NCBI RefSeq assembly: GCF_009914755.1 | Contig: NC_060927.1 | Source: the human T2T-CHM13v2.0 reference genome, Homo sapiens | DNA: 64,000 bases | Reading direction: 5' to 3' (one strand) | Part shown: in pieces, positions 58,068 to 64,000 of the stretch | Layout of the letters: every line of letters begins with the position of its first letter | How positions within the stretch are numbered: position 1 is the stretch's first letter | Notes under the pieces: model-generated | Seen by the model: the letters and a program-made list of their open reading frames with translations, nothing else | Database searches by the model: none | Told to the model about the DNA's origin: nothing | Program-made: the position numbers and the translations under genes

Positions 58068-59472
58068 CTATAGAATAAAAAATTCAAAATAGCAAGAGGG
58101 TAGAGATTTTTATGTCTTTGAGAAAGATAGAAAATTAAGTCTGTCACACGGTTTCATCCTCTCCCTTGTGCAAACATATGAAATAATCTTCTGGGAATGG
58201 AAGCCCAAGTCTTCTTGTATCATGCATTCCTTTCTTTTCCCAATGTATTGTAACATGGCAAATGGCCAAAATCTCACCTGAGAATCTCCTGGTAATTTCT
58301 CAGACACAGACATTTTAAACAACATGGTACTACATGAATAGGTCTATTGCATTTTTTAATATTTAGCACTTAATTATGAGAGTTATGAACCTAACTTTCC
58401 ACTTCCTATGGACCTTGTTGGCTCCCCTACTTACTCAAATAATTTAGTGATATGATTGGGCATCTTTCCTTACTTCTGGTTAATTCTGGAGAAGATTTCA
58501 GAAGGAATTGAGTTCCATTTCCTGTTATGTGAGTAGCTGAATTTGATATCATGAGGCAAGCCATTTCATGCTTCTATATCCTAACTTCTTCATTGATACA
58601 ATAAAGGAAATGGATTAAATAATGATCATAGTTCCTATAATCTCCATGAGTCTATAATCTCCATGAGTCTAGGAAACTCTGAACGCTGAGCTTAAAATAG
58701 GTTTGAAGATATGCCCTTTAAGAAACAATAATCCCTCTCTGGTAAAAGTACAAGCTAAGAGAGGCAGTGACAAGGCACTGTCTCATTACTGTTGAGTAAT
58801 GAGACTACTGTTGAGTAATGAGACAGATTGAGAAAGTAAAACTATTCAGCTCTTTCAGAATCAGGAGTTTATGATGCCCACATTAATTATTTTTCTGAAG
58901 TGTTGTGGATCCTTTAAAAATTGAAGTGAATGCATCCAAATGGGCTCAATTCTTTTGAATTCACATAGAAATGACTTAAAATGTCCTCCTTTTTGAATGA
59001 GCTATGTGTGAAGGCACTCATCAAGAAAATACATGTTTTGAAGTTAAGACCAAGGCCTAGACCATTACAATGTTGAGTTTCTTGATGGCAGAAGACATGC
59101 CTTATTGGTTCATATCATGGCACGGTACCTGGAACATGGTAGGTCCTCAGTAAATACCCATTGAATAATTGCAGAAATCAAATATTGACTATAATTGTTA
59201 TATCACAAGAATAAAAGACATACATTTTAACAGCTAACTGGCTAGTAATCTCAATGCCACTTATTTAAAGTATCCTTTAAAGATTCATGGACTACTGATT
59301 AAGACCAAACTTGGTGTGGGATGCTTTATATTTATCTTTTTGTAACATCAGATTATGATTTAGTTCTGATCATCCTCATCTTACACGTGATAAAACCAAA
59401 TTTACAGTTATTAATTCAGCTTCTGCTTTCCGTAGCCTGTGGCTTTATGACTATAGTTCCAAATCAAAACAT

Positions 59473-60008
59473 CACATTACTGTGTATGTACCCAAAGGAG
59501 AATAAATCATTCTACCAAAAAGACACATGCACACATATGTTCATTGCTATGTTATTCAAAATAACAAAGACAGAAAATCAACGAAGGTGCCCATCAGTGG
59601 TGGACTGGATAATGAAAATGTTGTAAATGTATACCATGGAATACTACACAGCCATAAAAAGAACAAAATCACATCCTTTGCAGCAACATGGGTGCAGCTG
59701 GAGGCCATTATTCTAAGTGAATTAACAAGGGATGGAAAACCAAATACTGCATGTTCTCACTTATAAGTGGCAGCCAAACATTGAGTACACATGGACATAA
59801 AGATGGGAACAATAGACACTGTGGACTACTAGATGGGGGAGGGAGAAAGGGTGTTGTGGGTGGAAAAAAAACTGCCTATTGCATACTATGCTCCGTACCT
59901 GGGTAGTGGGTTCTAAATCCTAAACCTCTGCATCATACGATATACCCATTTAACAGACCTGTATTTGTACCCTGTAAATCTAAAATAACAGTTGAAGAAG
60001 AAATAAAA
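59473..60008 (+). mobile_element. L1PA15/16-like 3' fragment
   Basis: AAATCATTCTACCAAAAAGACACATG...CATGGACATAAAGATGGGAACAATAGACACTG...TCTAAAATAACAGTTGAA. Confidence 0.88.
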
Positions 60009-60761
60009 ATCACTTTTCTAACTGAAGAGTTATATTTAGAAACAGAAATGTGTAATTTATTCTAAATAGTTAAGCATATAATTCTATAAATAATTAATCT
60101 CTCTACCTAGATATTGTCTTTTTGAAATTCTCAGAGTGATCCCATATATAAATTTCTCCTTTGAGGAAGACCTTATGAAACACTTCCAGCTTTTCACTGA
60201 TCCATCCCCAGCACGTGTGGGTGGCCTAGGATCCCCCTTTTTATTTTCAGCCCCCCACTGCCCATTTATCTGTCCTAGGAGAGCGTTTCTTTTGGCCAAG
60301 TCTTGCACTTCTGTCATTTCTCCATTACTCTCTTTAAGAAATGTCAGTCACACTTGAGTTGGGTTCCTTAAGGCTAATGGCCAACAGTTCACCCCTCATT
60401 TCAGAAGACCTCTGTCTCCTCAGACCCTGCCACACAAGCTCCTCCTCAGTGCCTTAGGAACGTCTGCTTGTTTGTGTTCTCACCTCCACCTGCCAGTCAG
60501 CTGTGTGAAGAAGAGATGTCTGATTAGGTCCCTGCTGAAACCATTTTGCTGCCAACCACAAACACACACATTCCTTCTTAAGGAAACAACCCGCAGCTCT
60601 GCTTTCACACTCCTAGCTTGCAGAAAGAAATCCAAAGCTAATAACTTTAGATTTGTGTCAAAGGCATTATGTTCATTAGACATAGTGTAAAAACACAATG
60701 CCTTGTACACATGCTAGGGGATTTTTCTATTTCACTTACCAATCCATTGCTATCCTGTTAA

Positions 60762-61000
<239 letters not shown>

Positions 61001-62139
61001 CAATTATGTCTATTTTTTTAGTTCATGCAAAAACATACAGACTTCAGTTTTGCATATTTATAAGGATCTTTGGATGTTCTTTTGAAAATGGGCTGGTGAA
61101 TAATAAGCCTAATAAAAACTAATTTATTGAAACCAAATTAAAACTCTTTACACTTCACTGAGAAATGGCATCTATGTTATTGGTATCTAAGATCAATTTT
61201 CTAAGAAGGTCATAAGAAAAATTCACAAATACACAGAATGTAGAATCACATTGATTTTTTTTAAAACTCAAGAGCAATCACTAAATTATCTTGTTATTTA
61301 AAAATATATTTATTGAAAGCCAACTAACTGCCCAGCATTGTATACCAGGTATACTTTGTAAATAGTGGGATACAAGCATGCAAGTTTCCAATTACTACAG
61401 AATCTTAATGATTCTGTAATAATTAAAGAATAATCAACGTATGTATCGGGGTGTGTGTGTCAGTAATATTGAACCAGCGAACCAAAAATAATAATAAATG
61501 TATATACATGAATACTTTCAAACAATGATAAGGAAGGCATTGAATGAGAAGAATAGGATAGTTTAAGAGAAAATGAAAGGAATTGTTTTCATTTCTTTGG
61601 TCCTACTGTGAGTGTGCCAGACACTGGAATAATAGAGATATAATCTAAGACTGAGGCACCAGATTTTTCCCTCTAATTAGGGAAGCAACAGATGATCTAA
61701 CAGGTGACAATCTAATGTAGGAGTTCTGTGATTACCCCTATGAATGAGGTCTACTGGAGGCCTTACCGAACCATACTCTATTTGGAAGAGCCAGAAGAGG
61801 AATCTGGGAGAAGATGACATATCATCTTGAAAGAGCCTGGTTATTTCATTAATGACCACAATGCTCTCAGCACTTTCTCTGAGGTACAGGTCACTTCCCT
61901 ACAACAGCTGCAAAAGGGAATGAAGAGCACATGAATCTGGATGACAGCAGAGAACTTGGGGAAAGAATTAAAGGGTATCAATATAGAAATGAAGCCTTCT
62001 TGTTTCATTGCTTGTTTACAGCTTGTGGAGTCGAACATTTCTTATAGGAGAAAAGGTTAATTATGTTAGAAAAGGGCTATTTACCTAAGGTACAAATCAA
62101 AGGGAAAAAATCTTTTTCTCTATAGCCATGGTTAGTACA

Positions 62140-62572
62140 CTCAGGGCCCTCTGATTTATACACTGCAGCTCCATCTGTCTTTGCATGTGTTGTTCATTCC
62201 TCTTCATGCAGCAGCGCTTCCTGCCTTTCCTCTACTTCACTTTGATAACTTCTACCTGACCTTTGAGAAATGTCCTTAAGTGTCCCTGCCTTAGAGCAGT
62301 CCTTCCTGATTCTTCAACATTGAATTAGCTTCTCCCTGAAGCAAGGGTTCTCCACAATATTCTCTGTAATAAGATAATAGAATAATATAATTCCCTGTCA
62401 TATTTTTTGCAACACTATTTGATGTCTATTATTTGTCTCCACCAATACACTGGTGGGATGTCTTAAATATGCTTAGTTTAACCAACTCTTATCTTCCAGA
62501 GCCCATTGCAGACTCTTAGGACCCAGTAGCTATATGATTAATAAATATTTGGTGAATTAAAAGATGGATGAA
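62140..62572 (+). mobile_element. L2 3' fragment
   Basis: TCTTTGCATGTGTTGTTC...GTCCTTCCTGAT...AATAAATATTTGGTGAATT. Confidence 0.6.
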
Positions 62573-62649
62573 TCATCAGTAGATTCATGGCCTTCTGAGA
62601 AGATTCACAATATCTAGTCTAACCAGTCTGTCAAAGATTACAATAGCTT

Positions 62650-63104
62650 GAAGGTAAATTATTCAGCAGGATTACCCCAACCCCAGTTTACTGTAGGTAG
62701 ATTAGTTATCTATTTGCATAAAGGGTTGGTTATCTATTTGCAAATGGGACTGCTGTCATCTGAAGGCTTGACTGTGGCTGGAAAATACATTTGCAAGGTG
62801 GCTCACTCATGTGCTCACAAGCAGGTTCTGATAAGTTGATTCTTTTCTATTTAGGCCTCTTCCTGGGGCTTCTTGAATATCCTTACCACATGACAGCTGG
62901 CTTCCCACTGAGAAAGCAATCCAAGGTGGATTCCAAGGTAAAAACTGCAATGCTTTTTATAACTTAGTCTTGGAAGTCCTACACTTTTGCCATACTCTAT
63001 TGGGTAGATAGGTGAGCTGTGATTCAGTGTGAGAGGGACAGCACAAAAGAGAGGATACAAGGAAGTGAGGATCAATGGAGCCATCTTGGAGGCCTATGAT
63101 CACA
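62650..63104 (-). mobile_element. MLT1F-like LTR
   Basis: TCATCTGAAGGCTTGACTG...GGTGGCTCACTCA...GCTGGCTTCCC...GCCATCTTGGAGGC. Confidence 0.75.
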
Positions 63105-63588
63105 CTGGGCTGTGTAAATTCTCCCCTTATTCTTTGAGAAAGGATTCAGAGTCTTTTTCATTTGGCCATACCCCAGAGGGGTATTGGGGAACATTTTGAA
63201 GATGAGTTTAAACCCAGGGGAACTACACATGAGCTACACAATAGTTGTTGACAGGCAAAGAGTCTTTGACTTATCTTCAACCTTTCACCTATGGTCCCCC
63301 ATGCCCTTTGGCAACATAAATAAATTTCCACAATATCCCCCTTCAGTGGGTGTTATTTTCCTTATTATAGATGATAAGTTAGGGTCAAAACACAGTCAGG
63401 GGAATTGCCCAAGGGTATACCATATATCACTGTCAGAAGAGGGATTACAACTCAAGGTATCTGAATTCCAAGCTTATGTTTAGACGGGACCACCTCCGGT
63501 GCCTAATGAGTTGTGGCATGCACTCACTTCTCTGAATTTCCCTTTAATTCTACCTAACCCCTGCTGAATTCATCTCCTTACCACCCCA

Positions 63589-63626
63589 GCGCACACACAC
63601 ACATACACACACACACACACACACAC
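63589..63626. repeat. (CA)n microsatellite
   Basis: GCG followed by about 17 CA units with one TA interruption. Confidence 0.93.
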
Positions 63627-64000
63627 CCCTCACCATTTTCCCATACCTTCAGAAAACCCAAGTAGCCCCTTCATGACAGTCTCTCTCTTGTGCCAATAGG
63701 GGGCCCCCAGGGGGTATTTTTAGAGTAAGAAGGGAGGCTCCCACCTTCAAAATGAGAAAGCTGTAATTTTCATATTGTATCTCTTTGCCAATTGTAAATC
63801 AGTCATTTTAAGGATGTTTCCCATTCTTGTTTCCCTTCAGGCAGCTCTTATTCCTCTCCGGAAAAAGAAAAGATTTGCTTTATAGCTAACTGCAGGACTG
63901 AAATGACATATAAAATAGCAACAGCAGGGAACAAATGTGTCCCTAAAGTGGCAATATGGTGCCTTTTTGTGTGTTTTAAGGCTTTGCAGTGAGAGGCAAT

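Overview
Primate (most likely human) non-coding, AT-rich, transposon-dense DNA, intergenic or deep intronic. I found no protein-coding gene, tRNA, rRNA or CRISPR that I can support; the ORF track is explained by Alu/L1/LTR sequence or chance. The largest element is a full-length but dead L1PA7-like LINE on the minus strand (about 21.5-28.3 kb). It has TSDs, an intact YY1 site, an AluSp in ORF2, an apparent 26-nt 3' transduction and an open ORF0-like antisense ORF. The window also has six Alus, many solo LTRs, an ERVL integrase/dUTPase remnant, hAT MITEs and MIR/L2/L1M fragments. The most unusual features are: an ungapped 235-bp local inverted duplication (4131-4365 vs 5311-5545, 29 mismatches); twin fold-back insertions inside the L1; a convergent pair of CTCF motifs; and a dense GATA/PU.1/RUNX/ETS motif cluster at 32.1 kb. 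I do not see evidence for a new biological system. Repeat subfamilies were recognised by eye against remembered consensus sequences, so RepeatMasker/Dfam should confirm them. Boundaries without TSDs are approximate.
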